A stretch of 64,000 bases of DNA from Lachnospiraceae bacterium (GTDB lineage Bacteria > Bacillota > Clostridia > Lachnospirales > Lachnospiraceae): NCBI GenBank assembly GCA_045605685.1, contig JAZUQL010000085.1, positions 68,018 through 132,017 of the forward strand. The letters run 5' to 3'. Below the pieces are notes generated by a model. That model was not told the DNA's origin. It saw only the letters and a program-made list of their open reading frames with translations, and did not search any database. Below are positions 7,861-17,757 of this stretch, piece after piece; within the stretch, counting starts at the first letter, position 1, and each line of letters begins with the position of its first letter. The position numbers were made by a program, and so were the translations under genes.

Positions 7861-10770
7861 ATGAAGCACAAACACTTACTTAAGAAATTATTGGCAACGA
7901 CAATGGCTGCAACAATGGTAGTTATGCCGTGTAACGTCTGGGCAACGGAAGCATATGACGAGACGTCGGAGGTACAGGAAGAGGTTTCCACGGAGGAAGT
8001 AACCACAGAGGAGCCGTCTTTAGAATCGGATGAACCTGAAGAGGTTACATCCACAGAAGAAGCAACAGACGAGACGATGAATTCTTCAGACAAACCGAAT
8101 TATGCAATGGGACATAGAGAGGATAATGGAAGAATTATTAAATCGGTACAGGATGGAACCCATAAGATGCAATATTCGAAAGAAGCATTGGCTTCATCTT
8201 ATCTGACACCGAATTTACCGGCAGTAAGAGATCAGAATCCATATGGTACTTGTTGGTCTTTTGCAGCAACTGCATGTATGGAAATCAACATGATGAAGAA
8301 GGGATATGGAGCGAAAGATTTTTCAGAACTTCATCTGGTATATTTTGCATATAATTCGGCACTAGATCCGTTGGGCGGAATGACGGATACGATTAGTTAT
8401 ACCGGCAGTGACGGGATTTTAGATTGTGGTGGAAATGACTATTTTAGTGTGAATGCATTGGCGGCATGGAGGGGTTCTGCTGCTGAGAGTGTAGCACCAT
8501 ATGGAACTGCATATAACATTGATTATGGCGGAACACTTCCGAATAGCGTTGCATATTCTTCGGAGGCACATCTTCAGAATTATTATTTTATTAATAAGTC
8601 AGATGTGCTGGATATTAAACAGGCTGTTGTTGATTATGGTGCAGTATCTTTTGCATATTGTCATAATGATTCATATTATAATTCTTCTACATACGGATAT
8701 TATAATAATTACAATACATATAGCAATCATGCGGTAACACTTGTAGGATGGAACGATAATTATTCGGCATCTAACTTTGTTAACAGACCGGAGGGAGATG
8801 GCGCTTGGATTATCCGTAACAGTTGGGGAAGCAACTGGGGAGATGGCGGATATTTCTATATCTCATATTATGACACTTCGATTCAGGATGTGACGGTATA
8901 TGACGCAGAACCGGCAACAAATTATGATAATAACTATCAGTATGATGGTACCACTTATTCTGCAGCTTACTATAGCGATAATGGAACAGAAAAAGCTGCA
9001 AACGTATTTACTGCAAAAGCAAACAACGGAGGACAGGAATCCTTAGATGCCGTTTCATTTGAATTAATGTCTGTAAATGCAGATTATCGAATTGATATTT
9101 ATAAGAATCTGACCAATTTAAATAATCCGGAAAGTGGTGTTCATTGTGCGACTCAGTATGGTTCAACAACGTATGAAGGAAGATACACAGTAGAATTAAA
9201 CAATCCAATTACTTTAAATGCAGGAGATACCTATTCTGTAGTAGTCTATGCAGAAGTAGCACCGAGCGAAGACCCATTTATCTCAATTGATTATGAGTTT
9301 TCTACTTATTATGGAGATTCGCAGGTGACAAATGCCGGAGAGAAGCAGAGTTTCCGTTATGTTGGAGGAAGCTGGGTTGATATTGGTAAATCGGAAGGTT
9401 ACAATTACAGAATTAAAGCGTATACCAATAATGTTGTAGATTATAATGGCTTAATACAAGCAAGTGATGGCAACTGGTATTATTATATAGACGGTGAAGT
9501 TGACTGGAATTATACCGGATTTGCATCGAATGCATATGGTGTATGGTATGTACATAACGGAAAAGTTGAATTTGTTACAGGTATTGTAGAAATCGATGAT
9601 GTTTACTATTATGTAGAAGGCGGCAGCTGGAATTCTGAACGGAATGATGTATTATGCTATAATGGAGACTGGTATCATATACAATATGGAACTTGGGATC
9701 CGGAATTTGAAGGCATTGCGCTGAATCAATATGGCTTGTGGTATATTGTAGATGGCAAGGTTGCATTTGACTGTACGGGATTAACCGAAATTGATGGTAT
9801 GCTGTTATATATCAATAGCGGATTATTTGATGTAAACTACACAAGTTTATATTATTATGAAGGTGAATGGATCTACATAAATGAAGGAGTATGGGATTAT
9901 AATTATAATGGTGTCGTATATTACTATGGAGACTGGTATTACGTAGAGGATGGCGTTCTGGATTGGAATTATACCGGATTTGCATCGAATGATTATGGTG
10001 TATGGTACATTGTAAACGGTAAAGTGGCATTCAATTATACCGGAATTGTAGAATATGAAAGCAATTTTTGGGTTTACGTAAATGGTGGAGCATGGGATGC
10101 AACCTATACAAGTTTATATTACTATAAAGATCAGTGGATTTACGTATATGAGGGTATTGTAGATTTTTGCTGCGATGATGTCGTGTGTTATTATGGAGAC
10201 TGGTATTATGTAGAGGATAGTATTTTAGATTGGGGTTATACCGGAATCGGTTCAAACGCATATGGAGACTGGTATATTGTCAATGGAAAAGTAGCATTTG
10301 ATTACACCGGATTAATCGATTGTGATGGTTATTTGTATTATATAAACGGTGGAGCAATCGATTATACCTATTCTAACTTATACTATTATGAAGGCGAATG
10401 GCTATATGTATACGAAGGTTATGTAGATTACAACTATAGCGATGTTGTATACTATTACGGAGACTGGTACTGTGTAATCAATGGTGTGTTGGATTGGAGT
10501 TACACCGGGTTGGCAGAGAATTATTACGGTGTCTGGTATGTTGTAGAAGGTAAAGTTGCACTTAACCATACTGGTATGATAGAGTATGAAGGTGATTGGT
10601 ATTATATTAAAACCGGTGCATGGGCATACGACTATGTCGGATTGGTTCAAAACGGAACAGAACTTTGGTATATTGATGGTGGCGTGTTTGATGATACATA
10701 TAACGGAACACTGGAAATTGGTGGAATCACATATGTAATTGAAGACGGAATCGTAATAGAAATAGGATAG
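7861..10770 (+). CDS. Secreted papain-like (C1) cysteine peptidase, paralog 2, with acidic linker and long aromatic repeat region
   Basis: Signal peptide MKHKHLLKKLLATTMAATMVVMPCNVWA, then an E/T/S-rich linker. Catalytic motifs NPYGTCWSFA, SNHAVTLVGW, IIRNSWGSNWGDGGYFY. By eye, roughly 80-85% nucleotide identity to paralog 1 across the protease core. Confidence 0.9.
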   Translation: MKHKHLLKKLLATTMAATMVVMPCNVWATEAYDETSEVQEEVSTEEVTTEEPSLESDEPEEVTSTEEATDETMNSSDKPNYAMGHREDNGRIIKSVQDGTHKMQYSKEALASSYLTPNLPAVRDQNPYGTCWSFAATACMEINMMKKGYGAKDFSELHLVYFAYNSALDPLGGMTDTISYTGSDGILDCGGNDYFSVNALAAWRGSAAESVAPYGTAYNIDYGGTLPNSVAYSSEAHLQNYYFINKSDVLDIKQAVVDYGAVSFAYCHNDSYYNSSTYGYYNNYNTYSNHAVTLVGWNDNYSASNFVNRPEGDGAWIIRNSWGSNWGDGGYFYISYYDTSIQDVTVYDAEPATNYDNNYQYDGTTYSAAYYSDNGTEKAANVFTAKANNGGQESLDAVSFELMSVNADYRIDIYKNLTNLNNPESGVHCATQYGSTTYEGRYTVELNNPITLNAGDTYSVVVYAEVAPSEDPFISIDYEFSTYYGDSQVTNAGEKQSFRYVGGSWVDIGKSEGYNYRIKAYTNNVVDYNGLIQASDGNWYYYIDGEVDWNYTGFASNAYGVWYVHNGKVEFVTGIVEIDDVYYYVEGGSWNSERNDVLCYNGDWYHIQYGTWDPEFEGIALNQYGLWYIVDGKVAFDCTGLTEIDGMLLYINSGLFDVNYTSLYYYEGEWIYINEGVWDYNYNGVVYYYGDWYYVEDGVLDWNYTGFASNDYGVWYIVNGKVAFNYTGIVEYESNFWVYVNGGAWDATYTSLYYYKDQWIYVYEGIVDFCCDDVVCYYGDWYYVEDSILDWGYTGIGSNAYGDWYIVNGKVAFDYTGLIDCDGYLYYINGGAIDYTYSNLYYYEGEWLYVYEGYVDYNYSDVVYYYGDWYCVINGVLDWSYTGLAENYYGVWYVVEGKVALNHTGMIEYEGDWYYIKTGAWAYDYVGLVQNGTELWYIDGGVFDDTYNGTLEIGGITYVIEDGIVIEIG
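9445..10740 (+). repeat. Degenerate higher-order (~80-aa) aromatic repeats in coding sequence
   Basis: Recurrent ..YYYGDWYYVEDG.LDW.YTG.ASN.YG.WYIVNGKVAF.YTG.. blocks, very Y/W/G-rich. Confidence 0.75.
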
Positions 10771-10790
10771 TCGTAGGATATTAGAGTTAG

Positions 10791-10820
10791 AAAGGGCGAG
10801 ATGATGCATCTCGCCCTTTT
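10791..10820. terminator. Bidirectional terminator between convergent genes
   Basis: aagggcgagatg-atg-catctcgccctt hairpin with an A-tract upstream and a T-tract downstream. Confidence 0.8.
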
Positions 10821-10832
10821 ATAATAGTAGAG

Positions 10833-11915
10833 TTAAGAATGGATGATGCAGGACTTTAATTTGGAAGAAATGGTCTTGCATGGTTTAGACAGAAGTGATA
10901 CACCTCCGTATGCAACAACAGATAATAGCAATGAAATTGCAAATAATATCAGGATGTGTTTATTTGTTAAATTCTGTGAGTAAACCTTTTGTGCATATAA
11001 TACCAAAGGACAATGGAAACAATAGAACGGGAAACTGATTCGTCCCAGGTAATTTAAAATCTTACTGTTTATTCTTGAAGAACAGGTTTGTCCGGATACA
11101 CAAAGTGATAAAGATAGAATAAAAAGCAGGATTACAAATACTTCGTATGGGGTACGATATAATGTGGTAAGAACACAGGCAATTCCCAAAGCTGAGAATT
11201 CCAACAATGAAATAAGAATGACACCAAGTGTCTTAAAATTCCATTTTTTCCACCATTTCGATAGTTCATAGATGGCACCGCCCAAAAGAAGTCCTGCAAG
11301 AGCACGAAGATCTAAAGCAAGGACACCCATGCAATTCGGATGCCAACCGGTTATTGTCCCATCTTTTATAATTAAAACCCCATACAACAGAAGGGGAAAG
11401 AATGTAATTAACCAAGGACCGATTTTCTTTTTCAGATATAGAATCAGGTACAGCATGACCGGAAAGGCAATAAACATGACAAAGACGAACCATAATCCGC
11501 TACTGATAAAGAAAAACGTTGAGTAGGATTCCGATAATTGGATGGATTGTGGGATAACGCCTGTTCCGTCAAGCAGAAGTGCTTCGAGAGGAAAGAATAA
11601 AACTAATTTTATAAGTTGTATTCCTTTTAGGTGAAATGCCGTTGCGATGTAAATAATATGAAGAATGACACCGACAATTGTATAGGGTAAAAGGCGTTTA
11701 AACTTATCCATCGTGTATTGCAACGGAAAAGATGCAGTGTTATCAATGGTATCCGTTTTCTCTTGTATGTGTTTGTATGCGAAGAAACCGGATAACATGA
11801 AGAAGAATTCTACAAACAACCAGCCGCTTGCAAAAATAGTATTGGTATGATAAGCAAAGATAATCATGCAGGCAAGAAAACGCCATAATTCAATGTATGA
11901 ATTTTTATTTTTCAT
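10833..11915 (-). CDS. Acyltransferase family 3 (membrane O-acyltransferase)
   Basis: ~10 TM helices. N-terminal YIELWRFLACMIIFAYH motif typical of Acyl_transf_3 (OatA/WecH-like). Confidence 0.8.
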   Translation of the reverse strand: MKNKNSYIELWRFLACMIIFAYHTNTIFASGWLFVEFFFMLSGFFAYKHIQEKTDTIDNTASFPLQYTMDKFKRLLPYTIVGVILHIIYIATAFHLKGIQLIKLVLFFPLEALLLDGTGVIPQSIQLSESYSTFFFISSGLWFVFVMFIAFPVMLYLILYLKKKIGPWLITFFPLLLYGVLIIKDGTITGWHPNCMGVLALDLRALAGLLLGGAIYELSKWWKKWNFKTLGVILISLLEFSALGIACVLTTLYRTPYEVFVILLFILSLSLCVSGQTCSSRINSKILNYLGRISFPFYCFHCPLVLYAQKVYSQNLTNKHILILFAISLLLSVVAYGGVSLLSKPCKTISSKLKSCIIHS

Positions 11916-12102
11916 GTCACATCTCCTAGAATATAGCTTTTATGAGGTTAGTGTAGCATGAATAAAATGAATCGACAAGACTGGAAAATTGATATTTAAA
12001 GGCAATTATGCTATAATTAGCATATTTGTAGTGTTTGTTTACAAATATACATAAATATTATAAAATACAAAGGTTAATAACCGTTTGATTCGTGGAGGCA
12101 TT

Positions 12103-14034
12103 ATGTCGCAGAAAAATACGAAGAAGAATAATAAAGCATATCGTGATGATATGGAAATGTACATGGGAAATGATAAACAATGGATTATAAGAGCACTTAT
12201 GCTTGCGTTTGTGGATGTATGTTCCATAGCAGGTTCTTATTTCATGGCATTATTGATTCGATTTGAATTTCGGTATGGAAATATTTCGCCGGTATACTTG
12301 GACAATTATTTGATTTATATGCCGATTTATATTCTTTGTGCATTGGTGATTTTTTATTTTTGCCGTTTGTATCACAGTATTTGGAGGTTTGCAAGTATTA
12401 ATGAGTTTGTACACATTATTATTGCATTCATTATTTTGCAGATACCGGCTGTGTTAATTCAGATTAAGATGGAAGACAATATGCCATACGCATTTTGGTT
12501 GATTGGCTTTATGATAAGTTTTGCATGTGTGACCGGAAGCAGATTTGCCTACCGGTTTATTCGCAGTGGACAGAAACTGTTAGCACAAAAGGGAAGCGGG
12601 GCAGAACGTGAACATGTAATGGTAATCGGAGCCGGGAATGCTGGCAAGATATTAATCCATGAGCTGATTATGAGCTCGCATTTGAAAGCGAAAGCCTGCT
12701 GTATTATTGATGACAATCCGGCTAAAAAGAACCGATTTTTAGATGGAGTACCAATTGTGGGGAATCGTTATGATATCCCGGAAATGGTAGAGAAATATGA
12801 GATAACTAAGATTATTTATGCGGTTCCGACTGCAAAGGTAAAAGACCGCAAAGAAATTCTTAACATATGCGGACAAACCGGATGTCAGATTCAGGTTGTT
12901 CCGGGAATCTATCAGATGGTTGGAGGAAAGGTGTCTGTGTCCACACTACGTTCAGTGGACATAGAAGATTTGCTGGGGCGAGACGAAGTGGTCGTTGATA
13001 ATGAACAGATTCATTCCTTTATTGAAGGTAAGACAGTTATGGTTACCGGTGGAGGAGGTTCCATTGGTAGCGAACTTTGCAGACAAATTGCAAGAGAGAA
13101 TCCCAAACTTTTAATTATATTTGATATTTATGAAAATAACGCATACGAAATTCAACAGGAATTAAGACGAAAATACCCGAATTTGAAATTTGAGACATTG
13201 ATTGGCTCAGTAAGAAATACAAATCGTCTAAATTATGTGTTTTCAAAGTATCGTCCGGATGTTATTTATCATGCGGCAGCACATAAGCATGTTCCGTTAA
13301 TGGAAGAGAGCCCAAACGAAGCAATCAAAAACAATGTATTTGGAACTTACAAATTAGCAAAGGCGGCAGCGGAAAACAACGTAAAGCGTTTTGTGTTGAT
13401 TTCTACGGATAAGGCGGTAAATCCGACCAATATTATGGGGGCATCAAAGCGCTTGTGTGAAATGGTAATTCAGATGATGAATCGCCAGACCGATACAGAT
13501 TTTGTTGCTGTAAGATTTGGTAATGTTTTGGGAAGTAATGGAAGTGTAATTCCGTTGTTTAAGAAGCAGATTGCGGCAGGGGGACCTGTTACGGTAACAG
13601 ATCCTCGTATTATTCGATATTTTATGACGATACCGGAAGCGGTTTCGCTTGTGTTGCAGGCAGGATTGTATGCTAAGGGTGGTGAAATTTTCGTCTTAGA
13701 TATGGGCGATCCGGTCAAAATTGACGATATGGCAAGAAAATTAATTCGTTTGTCCGGATTTGAACCGGATGTGGATATACAGATTGTTTATACGGGATTG
13801 CGTCCGGGTGAGAAATTGTATGAGGAAATCCTCATGAATGAAGAGGGATTGACAGATACACCGAATAAATTAATTCACATTGGACAACCAATCGAAATGG
13901 ACGATGAGAAGTTTATACAACAACTTGCCGATTTAGAGGAAGCCTGTGTTTCTGAAAGCTCGAATATTAAAGATATTGTTGCCTCCATGGTAAGCACATA
14001 TTCAATTAATACGAAGCAGGGAGAAAATGAATGA
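12103..14034 (+). CDS. Membrane-bound CapD/PglF-like UDP-HexNAc 4,6-dehydratase
   Basis: 4 N-terminal TM helices, two Rossmann regions (VIGAGNAG; VTGGGGSIGSEL), GASKRLCE motif. ATG 12103 is preferred over the TTG at 12085 (GGAGG RBS). Confidence 0.85.
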   Translation: MSQKNTKKNNKAYRDDMEMYMGNDKQWIIRALMLAFVDVCSIAGSYFMALLIRFEFRYGNISPVYLDNYLIYMPIYILCALVIFYFCRLYHSIWRFASINEFVHIIIAFIILQIPAVLIQIKMEDNMPYAFWLIGFMISFACVTGSRFAYRFIRSGQKLLAQKGSGAEREHVMVIGAGNAGKILIHELIMSSHLKAKACCIIDDNPAKKNRFLDGVPIVGNRYDIPEMVEKYEITKIIYAVPTAKVKDRKEILNICGQTGCQIQVVPGIYQMVGGKVSVSTLRSVDIEDLLGRDEVVVDNEQIHSFIEGKTVMVTGGGGSIGSELCRQIARENPKLLIIFDIYENNAYEIQQELRRKYPNLKFETLIGSVRNTNRLNYVFSKYRPDVIYHAAAHKHVPLMEESPNEAIKNNVFGTYKLAKAAAENNVKRFVLISTDKAVNPTNIMGASKRLCEMVIQMMNRQTDTDFVAVRFGNVLGSNGSVIPLFKKQIAAGGPVTVTDPRIIRYFMTIPEAVSLVLQAGLYAKGGEIFVLDMGDPVKIDDMARKLIRLSGFEPDVDIQIVYTGLRPGEKLYEEILMNEEGLTDTPNKLIHIGQPIEMDDEKFIQQLADLEEACVSESSNIKDIVASMVSTYSINTKQGENE

Positions 14035-15608
14035 AAGATAAACTAAAATTTGTAATATTGTGGTTCTGCGGAATCGGATTGTCTTTCTTTCTAATGTGTT
14101 CCGGTCAGGCAGTACTACAAATACTTTCACTCCTTTTTGCGGGAATTGCATGGGGCTTTTTCTTGAAAAAAGTTAATCTTCAAAATACATGGAAGCCATG
14201 GCAGATAGTAGTAATAGGAGCCAGTGCACTGGTTGCCATACGTTGCAATTTTAATGGGTTTGACGATAAGATTGCAAATCTTGTATTTTTCAAAGACCAT
14301 TCGATTTGGATTGCCAGGGGCATTGCCGGCATCATCGTAATCATGAGTGTGATAGCGTTGACCGTACTTTTAATGTGGTTTTGGAATAATATGATAAGTC
14401 TTTGGAAGAAGTATTGGAAAAAGGCGGATAGAATAGATAAGCGTTATTTAATTATTGGAAGTATTGTGGCATTGGTGTGCATTGCGACGCTCTATGTATG
14501 TACGGATGCGTTTTCTGACTCCGGTGTAAAGTATGATCTAATCTATATGTCGGATACCGGAGATCTTGCACAGAATAATGTATGGCTGTTTGTAAATCAT
14601 GCAGAAAATGATATCAGACAACCTTTATTTGGGGTATTCGCATTGCCATTTTCGGCATTTGCAAAAGGGATTTCGTATTTTTTATTTTTTATTCCGAATA
14701 GCTATTATATATTGGAAAATACCGTACAGGTAATATTGTTGCTGATGACGGCAGTTATGTTGGCCAAAATGTTGAAATTAAAAGGACACGCAAAAATACT
14801 ATTCTTGTTGTGTCATACTTTTTCTTATACATTTTTACTCTTTGCGCTGAATATGGAGCAATATATTTTCGTGGTGTTCTACTTGGTGTTATTCTTGTTT
14901 TTGCTAATCGAGAAAGAAGATGAAAAGAATCTGGTAATTCCAAGTGTTGCAGCAACAGGATGTCTGATTACTACCGGGGTAGTTATGCTTTTGACAAAGA
15001 AAAAAATCGGTTTGATCGAATGGGTGAAAACCGTCTTTGTCCGAGGTTGCGTATTTCTTGGTATTTTAGGTATGTTTGGACAAATTCCAAATTTGTTCGA
15101 TTTAAACAGGTTGAAATTTCTACTGGGATTTTCTTCCTATGGAGAAGAGATATCATGTACATTCCGCGAAAAACTCATGCAATTTATACACTTTGTGAAA
15201 TGTATTTATGTGAAGCCAAGTACCTATATAGAAGAGAACTGTTATCGCATGGAAACGGTTGGGGCTGTTAGTGTGATTGGAATTGTGATATTGATTTGTG
15301 TCATCGCTGGATTTTTGTGTAATAGAAAAGACCGGTTTGCCCAAATATGTATGTTTTGGACGGTATTTTCGTTTCTCATTCTTGTCGTTGCGGGATGGGG
15401 GGCACCTGAAAATGGTATGAATTTATACGCATTGTATTTTGGTTGGGCGTATACAGCACTATTGGCTCTGCTCCTCCGATTTGCGTTGCGAAAGAACAAG
15501 AAGGTATTAGTGATTGCAGGCTACGTATTGACGGGACTGTTTATTATTATTAATAGTGCCGGAATTTGGGATTTGATTGCTTTTGGTATTTCAAATTATC
15601 CGGTTTAG
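14031..15608 (+). CDS. Polytopic membrane protein (~12+ TM), unknown function; candidate GT-C-type glycosyltransferase or polymerase
   Basis: Strongly hydrophobic 525-aa ORF, translationally coupled (ATGA) to the dehydratase gene. Acidic FDD in an early loop. No recognisable family motif by eye. Confidence 0.5.
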   Translation: MKDKLKFVILWFCGIGLSFFLMCSGQAVLQILSLLFAGIAWGFFLKKVNLQNTWKPWQIVVIGASALVAIRCNFNGFDDKIANLVFFKDHSIWIARGIAGIIVIMSVIALTVLLMWFWNNMISLWKKYWKKADRIDKRYLIIGSIVALVCIATLYVCTDAFSDSGVKYDLIYMSDTGDLAQNNVWLFVNHAENDIRQPLFGVFALPFSAFAKGISYFLFFIPNSYYILENTVQVILLLMTAVMLAKMLKLKGHAKILFLLCHTFSYTFLLFALNMEQYIFVVFYLVLFLFLLIEKEDEKNLVIPSVAATGCLITTGVVMLLTKKKIGLIEWVKTVFVRGCVFLGILGMFGQIPNLFDLNRLKFLLGFSSYGEEISCTFREKLMQFIHFVKCIYVKPSTYIEENCYRMETVGAVSVIGIVILICVIAGFLCNRKDRFAQICMFWTVFSFLILVVAGWGAPENGMNLYALYFGWAYTALLALLLRFALRKNKKVLVIAGYVLTGLFIIINSAGIWDLIAFGISNYPV

Positions 15609-15619
15609 AGGTAAAGAAA

Positions 15620-16504
15620 ATGACTAAGATAAAAAGCTTTGTTCGGATGATTCGTCTGAAACAGTGGATTAAAAACCTCATAGTATTATTTCCGATTTTT
15701 TTCGGGAAGGCGTTTCATGTTTCATTGATCCTTCAGGCACTATTGGCATTTTTGGCATTTTCTTTTTTGGCATCTTCCATTTATATCATCAACGATATTG
15801 CGGATGTTGAAAAAGACAGGAAACATCCGGTTAAATGCAAACGGCCGATAGCGGCAGGAGAGATTCGTATATTTAGTGCCCGAATTACTAGTGTGATATG
15901 TTTTATACTTGGAATTGTCTGTGTCTACTTCGCGGAAAATAGAATTAATATCATTGCCTATGCGATTTACGGAATTTATTTTATTCTGAACTTACTTTAT
16001 TCATTTTGGGCAAAAAATGTACCGTTGCTGGATATTCTGATTCTTGCTTCCGGATTTTTGTTACGATTGTATTTTGGCTCCGTTATATTGGATGTAGTTG
16101 TCTCGTCTTGGTTATATCTTGTAATTATGGCAGGTGCTTTTTATCTGGGGCTTGGAAAACGGCGTAATGAACTTAAGAAAATAGAACAGAATAAAGAGCG
16201 GACGGGAAGCCGTTCGGTTTTGCAGTACTATAATTTTAGCTTTTTAGACCGAAGCATGCATCAGTGTATGACGCTTGCGATTGTTTTTTATTCTTTATGG
16301 TGTGCAACCTATGAAAGCACGAAGTCGGGACCTTTGTTATTAACAGTTCCGTTAGTCATTGTGATTGCAATGAAATATAGTCTCAATATTGAAAGTGAAG
16401 TATCGGAAGGAGACCCGACGGATACGATATTGGGAGATAAAATACTGTTGGTATTATGTTTATTATTGGCAATTTCGATTTTTTCTATTTTGTATGTAAT
16501 ATAA
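15620..16504 (+). CDS. UbiA-superfamily prenyl-phosphate phosphoribosyltransferase-like protein (DPPR-synthase / Rv3806c-like)
   Basis: RLKQWIKNLIVLFPIFF start, Asp-rich NDIADVEKDRKHP.K..RPIA.GE motif, GLGKRRNEL, ~8 TM. The 15620 ATG with a GAGG RBS is preferred over 15566. Confidence 0.7.
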   Translation: MTKIKSFVRMIRLKQWIKNLIVLFPIFFGKAFHVSLILQALLAFLAFSFLASSIYIINDIADVEKDRKHPVKCKRPIAAGEIRIFSARITSVICFILGIVCVYFAENRINIIAYAIYGIYFILNLLYSFWAKNVPLLDILILASGFLLRLYFGSVILDVVVSSWLYLVIMAGAFYLGLGKRRNELKKIEQNKERTGSRSVLQYYNFSFLDRSMHQCMTLAIVFYSLWCATYESTKSGPLLLTVPLVIVIAMKYSLNIESEVSEGDPTDTILGDKILLVLCLLLAISIFSILYVI

Positions 16505-16551
16505 AATAAAAAAATGAGAATCATAACATCAATTGAGAGGAGTGACCGATT

Positions 16552-17757
16552 GTGGAAAAGATGATAATTCCTTTCTCGCCACCGGATATTTCAGAAGAAG
16601 AAATTGAAGCAGTATCAGAGGTGTTGAGAAGCGGATGGATTACTACCGGTCCGAAAACAAAACAATTTGAACAGGAATTGGCGCAATTCGTTGGCACTTC
16701 CAAGGCTGTATGTTTAAATTCAGCAACAGCATGTTTGGAATGTATTCTAAGAGTACTCGGAATTGGAGAAGGAGATGAGGTTATTACATCTGCGTATACC
16801 TATACTGCGTCTGCAAGCCCGGTGATTCATGTGGGAGCCAATTTGAAATTAATTGATACACAGGCGGATTCTTATGAGATGGATTATGATGCCCTGGCTG
16901 CAGCAATTACGCCTAAGACAAAGGTGATTATTCCGGTCGATATTGCGGGTGTGCCTTGTGACTATGATAGAATTTTCCGGATTGTAAAAGAGAAACAATC
17001 GTTGTTTACTCCAAGTAATGAACTTCAGAGAAAATACAATCGTGTCATTGTGGTTGCTGATGCTGCACATGCACTGGGGGCTGCCAGAAACGGTATAAAA
17101 GTTGGAAATATTGCTGATTTTACGAGTTTTTCATTTCATGCGGTGAAGAATCTGACGACGGCAGAGGGTGGAGCAATTACATGGAGAAATACAGATGGCA
17201 TCGATGCGGAAGAACTATATAAACAGTTTATGATTCTTTCGTTGCATGGACAAACCAAAGATGCATTGAGTAAAAATCAGGTCGGTGGTTGGGAATATGA
17301 TATTGTATCGCCGGCATACAAGTGTAATATGACAGATATTATGGCTGCAATCGGATTGGTCCAGTTGAAACGATATCCGCAGTTCTTAAAACGTCGTCAG
17401 GAAATGGCTAAGAAATATGATGAGGCACTGTCGCAAACCGGTTGTAAAGGGCTGGCACATAATACAGATACATACACTTCGAGTGGTCATCTGTATTTAT
17501 TACAGTTAAAAAAAGCAGATGAAACCGTTAGAAACAGCATTATTAATAAATTGGCGACAAGAGGCATTGCTACGAATGTGCACTATAAGCCATTGCCGAT
17601 GTTGACGGCTTATCGTAATTTGGGTTTTTCTATTGAGGATTATCCGAATGCGAAATCGCTTTATTCCGGCGAAATCACGTTGCCACTCTATACGAAGCTG
17701 ACAGATGCGGAAATAGAATATGTGATAAGGAATTTACTGGAGGTATTGGATGAATAA
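16552..17757 (+). CDS. DegT/DnrJ/EryC1 (PglE-like) PLP-dependent sugar 4-aminotransferase
   Basis: IPFSPPDISEEEI.., SGWITTGP, PLP-lysine motif FSFHAVKNLTTAEGG. Start is GTG 16552 or ATG 16561. Confidence 0.85.
   Translation: MEKMIIPFSPPDISEEEIEAVSEVLRSGWITTGPKTKQFEQELAQFVGTSKAVCLNSATACLECILRVLGIGEGDEVITSAYTYTASASPVIHVGANLKLIDTQADSYEMDYDALAAAITPKTKVIIPVDIAGVPCDYDRIFRIVKEKQSLFTPSNELQRKYNRVIVVADAAHALGAARNGIKVGNIADFTSFSFHAVKNLTTAEGGAITWRNTDGIDAEELYKQFMILSLHGQTKDALSKNQVGGWEYDIVSPAYKCNMTDIMAAIGLVQLKRYPQFLKRRQEMAKKYDEALSQTGCKGLAHNTDTYTSSGHLYLLQLKKADETVRNSIINKLATRGIATNVHYKPLPMLTAYRNLGFSIEDYPNAKSLYSGEITLPLYTKLTDAEIEYVIRNLLEVLDE

Noticed and set aside
5823-10809. Many 60-135-aa off-frame or antisense ORFs within the two protease genes
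   Set aside because: They are artefacts of repetitive, codon-biased coding sequence (Y/W/G-rich repeats). They have no RBS and no recognisable motifs.
11916-12102. Possible invertible (phase-variable) promoter upstream of the dehydratase operon
   Set aside because: Only a local 9-bp hairpin (atatttgta..tacaaatat, ~12030-12056) downstream of a TATAAT was found. There is no pair of inverted repeats flanking a 150-300-bp segment and no adjacent invertase.
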